The position numbers and the translations under genes are program-made. This document shows, piece after piece, positions 1 through 9,200 of a stretch of DNA of 59,822 bases. Below the pieces are notes generated by a model. The model saw nothing but the letters and a program-made list of their open reading frames with translations, did no database searches and was not told the DNA's origin. The DNA is from Bdellovibrionota bacterium (GTDB lineage: Bacteria; Bdellovibrionota_C; UBA2361; OMII01). The number at the start of each line of letters is the position of its first letter. Within the stretch, counting starts at the first letter, position 1. The stretch covers positions 1 to 59,822 of the forward strand of contig JBIKKR010000002.1 in assembly GCA_044360225.1 (NCBI GenBank), written 5' to 3'.

Positions 1-28
1 TCCATGCACAAGAGACCGCGGGCAAGGG
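1..28. repeat. 28-bp direct repeat, copy 1 (at window edge)
   Basis: TCCATGCACAAGAGACCGCGGGCAAGGG matches 182..209 at 27/28 positions. Upstream context is cut off by the window start. Confidence 0.6.
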
Positions 29-181
29 TCGGAACGCGAACTTTCAAGTTCGCCGCCCCTGCCCATATAAGACAACTAGCTATGTCGGGCTTCTTAAATC
101 CCCTCTGTTCTCTAAAAGTCCGCCCTCCAGATGTCGCACGCTTCAGCATGCTATGGGCGGAGCAGAAGCTCCGCGCTCCCT

Positions 182-209
182 TCCATGCACACGAGACCGC
201 GGGCAAGGG
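182..209. repeat. 28-bp direct repeat, copy 2
   Basis: TCCATGCACACGAGACCGCGGGCAAGGG lies 181 bp after copy 1. The sequence between the copies is not repeated after copy 2. Confidence 0.6.
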
Positions 210-302
210 ATAGCAACAATCTCTGTCACCTCTCATCAAGGCTTCGGCTGAACTTGAAAAGCAATACGCCAATCTACGGTCACTACCCGCGCTCTGTCTC
301 GA

Positions 303-1301
303 TCACGCAAACGTCCTATCGAGCGCTTCAGCTATCGAACACGACGGCTCGTAACCCAAATCCCGCCGTGCAGCTGCGATCGAAAAGTAGTGATGCGTCG
401 CCATCTCTGAGACCAAAAAACGTGTGAGCAATGGGGTGTACTCAATCCCTACGAAGTTCAACGTACGCGCCAATCCCTCCATGACATACGCGAGTCCATG
501 GGCAAGACCCACCGGAATCGATCGCGATACCGGGGGCAGATCGTTTCTAACGAGCACTTCATCGATCCACTTCCACATATTGACCGGCTCGCCTTGGCTT
601 ATAAAGTATGCCTTGCCAAGACACCGCACCCCCTCAGCTTGGAGAGCCTCCATCGCTAAGATATGCGCGGACACACAGTCATCGATGTACGTGAGGTCAA
701 TCAGATTACTACCATCACCGATTCTCGTAAGACGCCCGGCGCGAGCGCGTTCGAGGATCGTCGGCACAAGGTTTGTATCGCCCGGACCCCAGATCAGGTG
801 CGGCCGCAGTGCCACCGTGCACAAAGATGCCGCATCGCACGCAGCAAGCACCTCTCGCTCAGCGATCGCTTTCGTCTCAGGATAAAACGCATGGTGGTGT
901 CGCGGGTATGGATAGCTCTCGTCGATTCCTTCGAGACTTTTACCATCGTGAATAACACTCGGAGAGCTCGTGTACACTACGTTGCGAATCCCTGCGTGCT
1001 TGCACGCCCAGATAACGTTTCGCGTACCAACAACATTCGTCCGAAAAAAATCGTCATACGGGCCCCACATGTCAACTTTGGCTGCGGTATGAAAAACCCC
1101 CGTGGCACCTTGCAGAACGTCCGCCCATTTTGAAGGGTCAGACGCTATATCGACTCGCTGAGTCTCTATCCCTAGCTGTCGCAGCTCAGGATACTCGCCT
1201 CGAGCTAGGCTTACCACCTGACATCCTCGCCGGACCAACTCCTGGCCGAGAGCCTTCCCCACGAAGCCACCCCCACCGGTAATAACGTAGCGCTCTGTCA
1301 T
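303..1301 (-). CDS. oleD: OleD-type NAD(P)H-dependent reductase (3-beta-hydroxysteroid dehydrogenase/epimerase family)
   Basis: 332-aa ORF with ATG at 1299-1301. It has the Rossmann motif ITGGGGFVG at the N-terminus. It starts 3 nt downstream of the OleBC stop on the same strand. Confidence 0.8.
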   Translation of the reverse strand: MTERYVITGGGGFVGKALGQELVRRGCQVVSLARGEYPELRQLGIETQRVDIASDPSKWADVLQGATGVFHTAAKVDMWGPYDDFFRTNVVGTRNVIWACKHAGIRNVVYTSSPSVIHDGKSLEGIDESYPYPRHHHAFYPETKAIAEREVLAACDAASLCTVALRPHLIWGPGDTNLVPTILERARAGRLTRIGDGSNLIDLTYIDDCVSAHILAMEALQAEGVRCLGKAYFISQGEPVNMWKWIDEVLVRNDLPPVSRSIPVGLAHGLAYVMEGLARTLNFVGIEYTPLLTRFLVSEMATHHYFSIAAARRDLGYEPSCSIAEALDRTFA

Positions 1302-1304
1302 AGC

Positions 1305-3941
1305 CTATGCAGCCTGCTGCTGCTCAGTGATCGACTTCTCAGCCCACTCCTGGAGCTGCTCACGGAATATCTTCGCGTTGTGCCGAGCATCAACCGGAAA
1401 CGATCGATGAAAAAAGAATGTGGTGATACTTGCAGTTAGAGGATTCTGCAACGCCAGCTCTCGAAGCTCCCTTCTAAATACCTCTTCCTGAGCCTGCGTC
1501 TCTGGCCAGAACTCCGGCAACGGCTCAACCACAAGGGCTGGCTCTTTACCGGCCTTAATTCCAACCAGAGCGGTGCGCCGAACCTTCGCTAATTGATTGA
1601 AGATCTCTTCGATCGGAACGCTATGGAAGGCACGCTCTGCGGTGTAGACCGAGTGCGATTTGCGGCCACAGTAGTAGAGCTTCCCCTCACCATCGAGATA
1701 CCCAAGGTCACCCATTCGGTGCCAGAATCCACGGTCCGAATCGAGGATCTTGCCGAGGCGATTGGCATCAGGGCGATTGAGGTATTCCGGGCTACAGTTC
1801 TCACCCGCTACGATCACTTCACCTATCTCTCCAACTGGCAGCGGCGTTGCGTCACTAATCCGCTCAATAGCATCAAGCGAACTTTTGATCACCCGAACCT
1901 CGACGCCTGGGACCGGCTCACCAACTAGTGTTCCCTGCTCGCCTGATGCAGCACGAGCCTTACTAGTGCTCGCAAGCTGCGGCGCTGAGATGTACGTTAC
2001 TGGCAGCGCCTCAGTAGCGCCGTAGGGCGTTGAGACGAGCGCATTCGGTAAAACGCCCTGTACTCGCGTGAGCGTTGCAGCAGGCACAGCCGCTCCAGCC
2101 ATAAACACCCGACGCATCGTCGGCAGAGTAGCTCCTATCCGAAAGGTATAGTCGGCGATCTTGTTCCACAGTGTCGGTGAGCCAAACGAGCTGTCGATCG
2201 AGAGATCGTGCACAAGCTTAACAACCTGCGCAGGATCAAGCGCCAAGGGTTTTCCGGTTGGCATTGACGGGAACACGCTGGCGACTCCCAGCGCCACGTT
2301 GAAGAGAGAAAATATCGGAAGCAGCGTAAGATCTCGAGCGCCCACGTGCTGACCAAGCACGTCACGAATCAACCTAAGCTCCGCTGCGAGCATTTCGTTT
2401 GTAAAGACAACTCCTTTCGGCGTCCCTGTGGCTCCCGATGTAAATGCTATCATCGCTGCGTTGTTGGCCTTGAGGCTACCATCACTCTGGAGCACTGGAA
2501 GTGGCACGGGGGCGATAGGCGCATTAGCGAACCGCTTAAAATGCCCGAGCGACTTGCCACGCGAGAAGGCCCACTCGGCGGCTGTAACGTAAAACTTAAG
2601 TCGATGGAACAGTGGACGCTTTAGGTGTCGCAGAATGTGCGCTTTTGGTGAACCAATAAAAGCGTGCGGCTGGGCATCCTGAATGCACTTTGTGAGCCTC
2701 TCAAGCCCGATACCTGGATCAACAAAAACCGGAGTTGCTCCGCGACCTGCTATGGCGACACTGAGCGCCAAAAAGTCTGCCCCCGGTGTGACCAACATCA
2801 ACACTCGATCTCCAGGAGCCAGCCCCGCATCAGCTAATCCACGCTGGTACTGATTGACGAGCTTACCAAGCTCACCGTAGGTTGTATGCGCATAGTGCAA
2901 CGCACTGCCGTTAATCGGATCACGCACCCAGCGCGGAGTAATTACCGCAGAGAGCGTCGGCTGCTCTTCGGCAATACGCATCACCTGATCGTAGATCACA
3001 TGAATGCTTCCCTCCTCGCGAACCGTCTTCGGCGGTGTATCTTCACCGTGCGTCGGGATGGGCTTAGAGAGAAACTCCTTAATCGCCGGAATTGCGATGT
3101 GTGGGGCATCATCAAGAACCAGGTGCGACGCATCGCCAATCTCAAGGATATCGGCCTGGGGAAAGTGTGCTGCAACCTTGCTGAGCATCTCGCGATGGAA
3201 GCATGGGTCACGAAGTCCCCAGATAATCTTTACCGGCTTACGCGCCACCTCTGGTAAACCAGCCGCAATCTCGACCATCTGTGAGTACGTTGGATGATCC
3301 GTGTCAAACGGAATATCATCAACGAAGTCCCAAATAGCATCGCGCTGTCTACGATTTGCGTATGGAGCAAGGTAGCCCTCTTTTACATCGGGGGTGAGCT
3401 TCTTGTAGGCACCCATCGATGTTGTGAGCTTTACAAACGACGCGGTGTGCCGAGTGAGCGCTTTACCAATGACCGGCATCGCTGCAAGCTTGATAATCGG
3501 TGGCAAACTCTCCGTCTCAGTCAGCGTGGTGTTGAGGTAGACGATACGCTCAATCGAATCGAGCCTGCGGAGCATAAAGCCCGTCCCCAGAGGGCCTCCC
3601 CAGTCGTGCATGAGCATTGAGAACTTTGTTAGCCCTAGAGCATCGACGAACTCTTCAAGTTGATTGATTCGATCGATCGCCTTAAACCGCACCCCTGGAG
3701 TTCGGTCGGAGAGTCCACAACCCAGAAAATCAGGAGCTATAACTCGAAACGAATCGCGGAGCTCACGGATAACGTTGCGGTAGAGGAAACACCAGGTAGG
3801 ATTTCCATGGAGGCACAGAACAACTGGGCCCGTTCCCTCATCGATGTAGTGCATCCGGAAACCGGCCACCGATACAAAACGTGACTGAAACGGGAGCAGT
3901 TGTGGTGACATGGGCGAGCCGTGCGATTCTTTTACCACCAC
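1305..3941 (-). CDS. oleBC: Fused OleB (alpha/beta-hydrolase, beta-lactone decarboxylase type) and OleC (ANL adenylating enzyme, beta-lactone synthetase type)
   Basis: 878-aa ORF starting at GTG 3941 (GAGGG lies just upstream), with an alternative ATG at 3911. The N-terminal ~300 aa resemble a haloalkane dehalogenase (LHGNPTW, MHDWGG). The C-terminal ~550 aa carry AMP-binding motifs (FTSGATGTPKGV, YGATE, GDLGYLD..GR.K). Confidence 0.85.
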   Translation of the reverse strand: MVVKESHGSPMSPQLLPFQSRFVSVAGFRMHYIDEGTGPVVLCLHGNPTWCFLYRNVIRELRDSFRVIAPDFLGCGLSDRTPGVRFKAIDRINQLEEFVDALGLTKFSMLMHDWGGPLGTGFMLRRLDSIERIVYLNTTLTETESLPPIIKLAAMPVIGKALTRHTASFVKLTTSMGAYKKLTPDVKEGYLAPYANRRQRDAIWDFVDDIPFDTDHPTYSQMVEIAAGLPEVARKPVKIIWGLRDPCFHREMLSKVAAHFPQADILEIGDASHLVLDDAPHIAIPAIKEFLSKPIPTHGEDTPPKTVREEGSIHVIYDQVMRIAEEQPTLSAVITPRWVRDPINGSALHYAHTTYGELGKLVNQYQRGLADAGLAPGDRVLMLVTPGADFLALSVAIAGRGATPVFVDPGIGLERLTKCIQDAQPHAFIGSPKAHILRHLKRPLFHRLKFYVTAAEWAFSRGKSLGHFKRFANAPIAPVPLPVLQSDGSLKANNAAMIAFTSGATGTPKGVVFTNEMLAAELRLIRDVLGQHVGARDLTLLPIFSLFNVALGVASVFPSMPTGKPLALDPAQVVKLVHDLSIDSSFGSPTLWNKIADYTFRIGATLPTMRRVFMAGAAVPAATLTRVQGVLPNALVSTPYGATEALPVTYISAPQLASTSKARAASGEQGTLVGEPVPGVEVRVIKSSLDAIERISDATPLPVGEIGEVIVAGENCSPEYLNRPDANRLGKILDSDRGFWHRMGDLGYLDGEGKLYYCGRKSHSVYTAERAFHSVPIEEIFNQLAKVRRTALVGIKAGKEPALVVEPLPEFWPETQAQEEVFRRELRELALQNPLTASITTFFFHRSFPVDARHNAKIFREQLQEWAEKSITEQQQAA

Positions 3942-3950
3942 ATGCCCTCG

Positions 3951-5012
3951 CTACCACTCAATACCGAGAAACAGCGAATTTAAGCCTGACCCGAATCCGG
4001 TGAGAACGATCTTGTCATTCTTCTGCAGATTCTTCTCCTCAATGCCCACAGCGAATGCAGTTGGCAGAGCTGCTGAGACGAGATTTCCACGAGTCGGGTA
4101 GATGATAAACTCTTTAGTGTAGTCGAGCCCAAGTGTGTTGTAAAAGGCCTCATTCACCTGCCTGCCGACCTGATGACAGAAGACGTGGTCGACATCCTGC
4201 TTCGTCCAGCCGAGAACCTCTGACGCATCGCTCCAGGTCTGCTTACCAAGGACTGCCGCTGCAGCTATTAATTTCGATGACTCTGTCTCCATCACTGGAC
4301 CCAGTGGCGGGCCATCGACGAGGTGGTAATCAACATTCCCTACGCAGAGATCACAGTGCTGCGTTGCAGACCTCGTTGCACCACCGAGAATACGATGCTT
4401 GCGCTTCGAAATGCTCTCATGACATAACACATATGCAACCGCACCAGAGCCGATGGTAAACGTCGGAAGCATCCGCAACAACTGATCTCGAGAAAGCGTT
4501 TTTCCTTCCAGTACGCTCTTAAAGGTGTTCTCAACGATAACACGGGTGTGCTCAGCAGATACAACCACTCCAGCTTTAACGTGGCCGGTCTCGATCAGAT
4601 TTCCCAAGAAGAAGAGGCCATCCATGAACCCTAAGCAGGCATTGCTCACATCGAGAGCAATTGAATCCTCGGGCATCGCTAGATTGCGGTGCATAATGCA
4701 TCCGGTTGCTGGCTCAAAGTAATCACGGGTGACCGCGCAGCTGAAAAGCGCACGCATGTCCTGCAAACCAAAACCCGCTTCCTCTACGGCCTTTTTGACC
4801 ACCTCGGTTCCAAGAGCGCTTGGACGTTCTGAAAGATCCCAAAAGCGGCGCTCTGCTATCCCGGTCAAACGCTCAAGGGTTCCGAAGGGGAGCCCCAGTT
4901 CCCTGTAGATCTCAGCCAACCTGTCCTCAATCTCGGCAGAGGTGAGCACCTGCGGCGGGACGGTTATGGCACAAGACTCAAGACATACATTTTTAAAACG
5001 AAACGCTACCAT
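3951..5012 (-). CDS. oleA: OleA-type thiolase (FabH-like condensing enzyme)
   Basis: 353-aa ORF with ATG at 5010-5012. It shows the FabH-like fold pattern, with the active-site Cys in VSNACLGF and GFGSGL near the C-terminus. It is the first gene of the ole operon. Confidence 0.8.
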   Translation of the reverse strand: MVAFRFKNVCLESCAITVPPQVLTSAEIEDRLAEIYRELGLPFGTLERLTGIAERRFWDLSERPSALGTEVVKKAVEEAGFGLQDMRALFSCAVTRDYFEPATGCIMHRNLAMPEDSIALDVSNACLGFMDGLFFLGNLIETGHVKAGVVVSAEHTRVIVENTFKSVLEGKTLSRDQLLRMLPTFTIGSGAVAYVLCHESISKRKHRILGGATRSATQHCDLCVGNVDYHLVDGPPLGPVMETESSKLIAAAAVLGKQTWSDASEVLGWTKQDVDHVFCHQVGRQVNEAFYNTLGLDYTKEFIIYPTRGNLVSAALPTAFAVGIEEKNLQKNDKIVLTGFGSGLNSLFLGIEW

Positions 5013-5279
5013 ATATACCTTGCTCCCCCATGGCTTCTCCCATCAGCCCCTCACCTCTCACGAGGAAATCGGATGTGCGCGCCCCGTTTTAAACGAACTC
5101 GAGCGAGTGGTTGAGATACCACATCCAGCTCTTCAGTACAAATAGCAGAGCCGAACCCGGACGAGCCGGGACCAAGAGAGGGAACACACATAGTAGATGG
5201 AGCATCATACGGCACTACAATCGGTCTCTCAGACGGTTTGATTGGCCGATAACCGCTACCAACGAGTTAACACACGACC

Positions 5280-5324
5280 AATAAAAAAGGCATCCGGTGT
5301 GCTGAAAAGCGCCCACCGGATGCC
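5280..5324 (-). terminator. Rho-independent terminator (minus strand)
   Basis: An 11-bp perfect stem, GGCATCCGGTG (5289-5299) pairing with CACCGGATGCC (5314-5324), with a 14-nt loop. On the minus strand it is followed by TTTTTTATT. Confidence 0.7.
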
Positions 5325-5436
5325 TGTTGGGAAAGCCCCTCCTCGGGCTCCCTTAGCTCAAAAGCCCCTCGTAGCAGGCGCTGTGCCTATTGCACGACTT
5401 TGCCCGCTCGAGGCGACTAGCCTCCCCCATAACCTC

Positions 5437-5877
5437 CTATCCCAAAAGACGATGCGTCGAAGCTACCCCCGCAGTCCCATCTCTGAGACCTCTTGAGTAC
5501 TGAGAACCACCGCGGCACCAGTACCAACTACCTGAAGTCTCTAAGAATGCGTCCACCTGTCCGGCCTGGGCTTGGGCAGCCGTTGCGTTTTCCCGGCTCA
5601 CCGCTTCAAAGGCTCTTCGTACTTTCTCCACTGCCTCAGTGCTTGCATGAAGCGCCGCCACGGCCGCCTCCAGCGACTTGAGGGAGCGAGCCTGCCACCC
5701 ATCGGAGCGACTAAACGATTCCAGGTAGTTGCCAGGCGCACTACACCAACCAGGTGGCTCGGGCCCAGCCCGTATCGCAGACCCTGCGGAGAGTCTGCTA
5801 AAAGCGGTCGGGAATGCGCCGTTCTTGGAGGAACGCCCTCCCGATGATGAACAACTCCCTTTTGTTACAAAACTCAT
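5437..5877 (-). CDS. Hypothetical protein (uncertain; may instead be part of a non-coding transcript)
   Basis: 146-aa ORF with an ATG preceded by GAGG at about 9 nt. The central stretch is predicted helical (SLKSLEAAVAALHASTEAVEKVRRAFEAV), but both ends are low-complexity. The strong terminator lies 113 nt downstream. Confidence 0.35.
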   Translation of the reverse strand: MSFVTKGSCSSSGGRSSKNGAFPTAFSRLSAGSAIRAGPEPPGWCSAPGNYLESFSRSDGWQARSLKSLEAAVAALHASTEAVEKVRRAFEAVSRENATAAQAQAGQVDAFLETSGSWYWCRGGSQYSRGLRDGTAGVASTHRLLG

Positions 5878-6251
5878 GGTACAACCTCACTGTCCTCAAC
5901 ACCCGCGCACGGAGGTGTTCCCCCGGCGACAAAAGGCGCTGACCACTACTTCACAACGGACCGAAGGTTCTCTATTCCCTGCTCACGTCTTACAATCAGA
6001 CGCTTCGGGCCATCCATGGCTCGTTCTCACGCTGGAGATACCGGCAGCTCGCCGCTTACAGGTATGGTCGGCAGAAGAAGGCTTTGCTGAACAAACCACG
6101 CCTAAAACGGCGTTTAAGCTGCACAAATCTCTCACCTGCTTTGCTTATCTGGCAATATCAATGAATTGCGCTGCTATTGACCGATATCTGCGTGCCCCTA
6201 GGCCCGAAAACAGATATACTTTTTGGGTTAACCCCTACTACCAAACCAAAG

Positions 6252-9200
6252 ATGTCTCCTGCCCTATTTCCCCTCGGATTCAGCAAATCAATCGCGGCGA
6301 ATCTCACGCCCGAACTCACTAATCTTGTGGCGGCTATCAGCCTGCCAGGAAGCACCACTCCAGCCGACAGAGTATCCGCCTTTCTTGATCGTCTCTTCTA
6401 TCGCTCACCTCCGGAGGTAATGCGGCGCAAGACCGAAGAGCAGGTACGGCACATCGCCCTTGGCTGCTTTGAAGCGCTTGCACAGCAACTCACAAACACA
6501 GACCGGATCGCTGTCAGCATGAAAGATATGGGCGATACGACCGGGATCTTTATCGCCCTGCGCGACCACCCGTTTATCATTAGCTCGCTCGCGGAGCGAT
6601 TCTACGAGGCAGGGATACCCCTGAACTGCTTCCAGCATCCGATCCTGTCGGTACACGGCACAAACATAGCGCTCTCGTACATTGAGGTCGGACAAAACAC
6701 ACAGTGCGATATCGGAGCTCTCATTCCTGAGCTGCGAGAGACGCTCAAGACACTCGTAACGATCGTCGGTGACCATGAACAGATGCTTGCAAACACTAGA
6801 GGCGCTGCTGGCTCACTGGACGGCTCGGTCGCTACTGAGTGGGGAACATTATCGCAACAAGAGGTGCGTTCTTTCCTTGATTGGCTGGCCGATGGGAGCT
6901 TCTTTTTTATTGGCGTCTCGTCGTGGAACAGCGAGCACACCTTAAACCATGGATGTGGCGTCTGGAGTACAGGTGGGGCATTTCGTGACACACTGAGCAA
7001 CGAGCTGCTCGTCGATCTGCAACGCATGCAGACATCGAAGCTATCATTTTCTATCTCGAAGCTGCAGCTTCGATCTCCGATCCATCGCAACGTCCCCTTG
7101 CTCAATGTTCTCGTGAAACCAAGAGCGCACTCGAGCGATTGGATCTCGATTGTTGGCTATCTCACATCAAAAGCGTGGGCCTACGAAGCGTTTGATATCC
7201 CGATTGTACGAACGAAGCTCCATCAACTTCTCGCTACAGAGCGGACCCCTCCGAACTCTCACGACTACAAGTACGTGATAGAGGTGATCGACAATATGCC
7301 TACGGATGAGGCACTACGAATGCCGATCCGCGATCTGCAGACAATCGCGCAACTGGCGCTCGGAGTGTTCTCGCGCGAAGATTCACGGAGCGTTACCTGC
7401 ATCGATACGCTCCAGCGGTGGGCGCTAACCACGATTGTGGTTCCACCTGAACGATACAGCGCGAGCATGAGCGATGATGTACAGTTGCTCATTGAGTCGT
7501 GCTTCGGTGTGCGTACCGGCTCAAGTGATATTCACCTTGATTCCAGCAAGAAGCGCCAGCTGCGCCTCTACATCAGCACTCCACTTCCGCAGGCCCCTCT
7601 CGCTTCTTTGCCTGACCTTGAGGATCTCGGCAAGGCTCTGCAACGCGCCACGCTAAGCTGGAAGGAGCTGCTTGACGAGAAACTTTCGGACGACGATGGC
7701 ACACTGCAAGCGCTACCACTAATGTTTCCCGAAGGCTATCAGGCGAGTGTGTCTGTCGCAGAGGCAGCACACGACTACCACCTGGCGACCTCGGTAAGCA
7801 CCAACCAACCGCTGACAGCCTCTATGTTCAGTGAGCCAGAATCATCAAAACCAGCGCAGCTAAGCTTTATTTCTCTGAATTCGTCGATCTCTCTAAGCAC
7901 TGCAGTACCCGTTCTTGAAAATATTGGCCTTGAAGTGCTCGACGCCAACTCATACGTGCTCGGTCGTTCACTCGATCAGATCCATATACTCAAGTGCGCT
8001 GTGCGTGCGTTTGATGGGCAGCCACTCGACATTGCGGCATTCAATACATCAGTTGCACCCGGACTTGTGCGAATCCTACGCGGGACCGCCATGAGCGATC
8101 CGCTCAACTTACTCTTACGCACCAAAGGTCTCTCGATTGATCAGATAGCATTACTGCGCTGCTACTGCGCGTTTCTCTGGCAAACCTACAAGATCGCTAC
8201 GAAGAGAACGATGTGGAAGGCGCTTGCGTATTCGCCTAACGTTGCGGCTACGTTCGTCAGATACTTCGAAACAGCTTTCGATCCAGCACTACAACTCTCT
8301 CTGGCGGAACGGAAGGAGCGCTGCCTACAGATCGAGCAGGAATACCAGATAGCTCTCAGAAGTGTTCGCGATGTCACCCACGACAGAATCTTGAAAGCGC
8401 TCCTCGTGCTCGCTAAAAACACCGTACGGACTAACGTGTATCAGGCTACAGACACGATCGCCCTCAAAGTGCACGCAGAGCGAGTTGAGTTCCTGCCTCA
8501 TCCGAGACCTCTGTACGAGATATTCGTATACTCTTCGCGAATCGAGGGCACCCACCTGCGAAGCTCAAAGGTTGCACGAGGCGGGATCCGCTGGAGCGAG
8601 CGCTTAGATGACTACCGATCGGAGGTACTAGGACTCGTTAAGACACAGCGGGTCAAGAACGTCATTATCGTTCCCAGTGGCGCTAAAGGCGGTTTTATCG
8701 TTAAGAACGCGCCCACATCTGGGGAGGGAATGGGAGCTGCAGTGGAAGGCGCATACCGCGAGTACATAACTGCACTACTCTCGATCGCCGATAACCTCGT
8801 AGCAAATCAGCCTGTGCAGCCGCCACACTGTGTCATCCACGACGATTTTGACCCGTACTTTGTAGTCGCGGCAGACAAGGGTACAGCTACATTCAGCGAC
8901 ACCGCAAATTCAATCGCCACAGGCACATACTCGTTCTGGCTCGGTGATGCCTTCGCCTCGGGCGGCTCGCAAGGCTACGACCATAAAAAGTATGGAATTA
9001 CAGCTCGTGGAGGGATGGAGTGCGTGCAGCGTCACGCACGGGATAGTGGGATCAGTACCGACGAACCGTTCACCACTGTTGGGATTGGAGACATGTCCGG
9101 TGATGTGTTTGGAAACGCTATGATCCTCACGTCAAACATGCTGCTTCTTGGCGCATTTAATCATAAGCATATCTTCGTCGACCCAAATCCGCTGCAGAAA

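Noticed and set aside
1-209. Possible CRISPR array, given the 28-bp repeats
   Set aside because: Only two copies are visible. The 153-bp spacing is far outside the CRISPR spacer range, and there are no cas genes in the window.
5013-6176. RNase P RNA, tmRNA or SRP RNA in the oleA-gdh spacer
   Set aside because: I found none of the universal motifs on either strand. That includes GGAAAGTCCGGGC and ACAGAACCCGGCTTA for RNase P, a GGGGCTG 5' end with a TTCGAATCC...CCACCA 3' end for tmRNA, and GGAAGCAGCC-type motifs for SRP.
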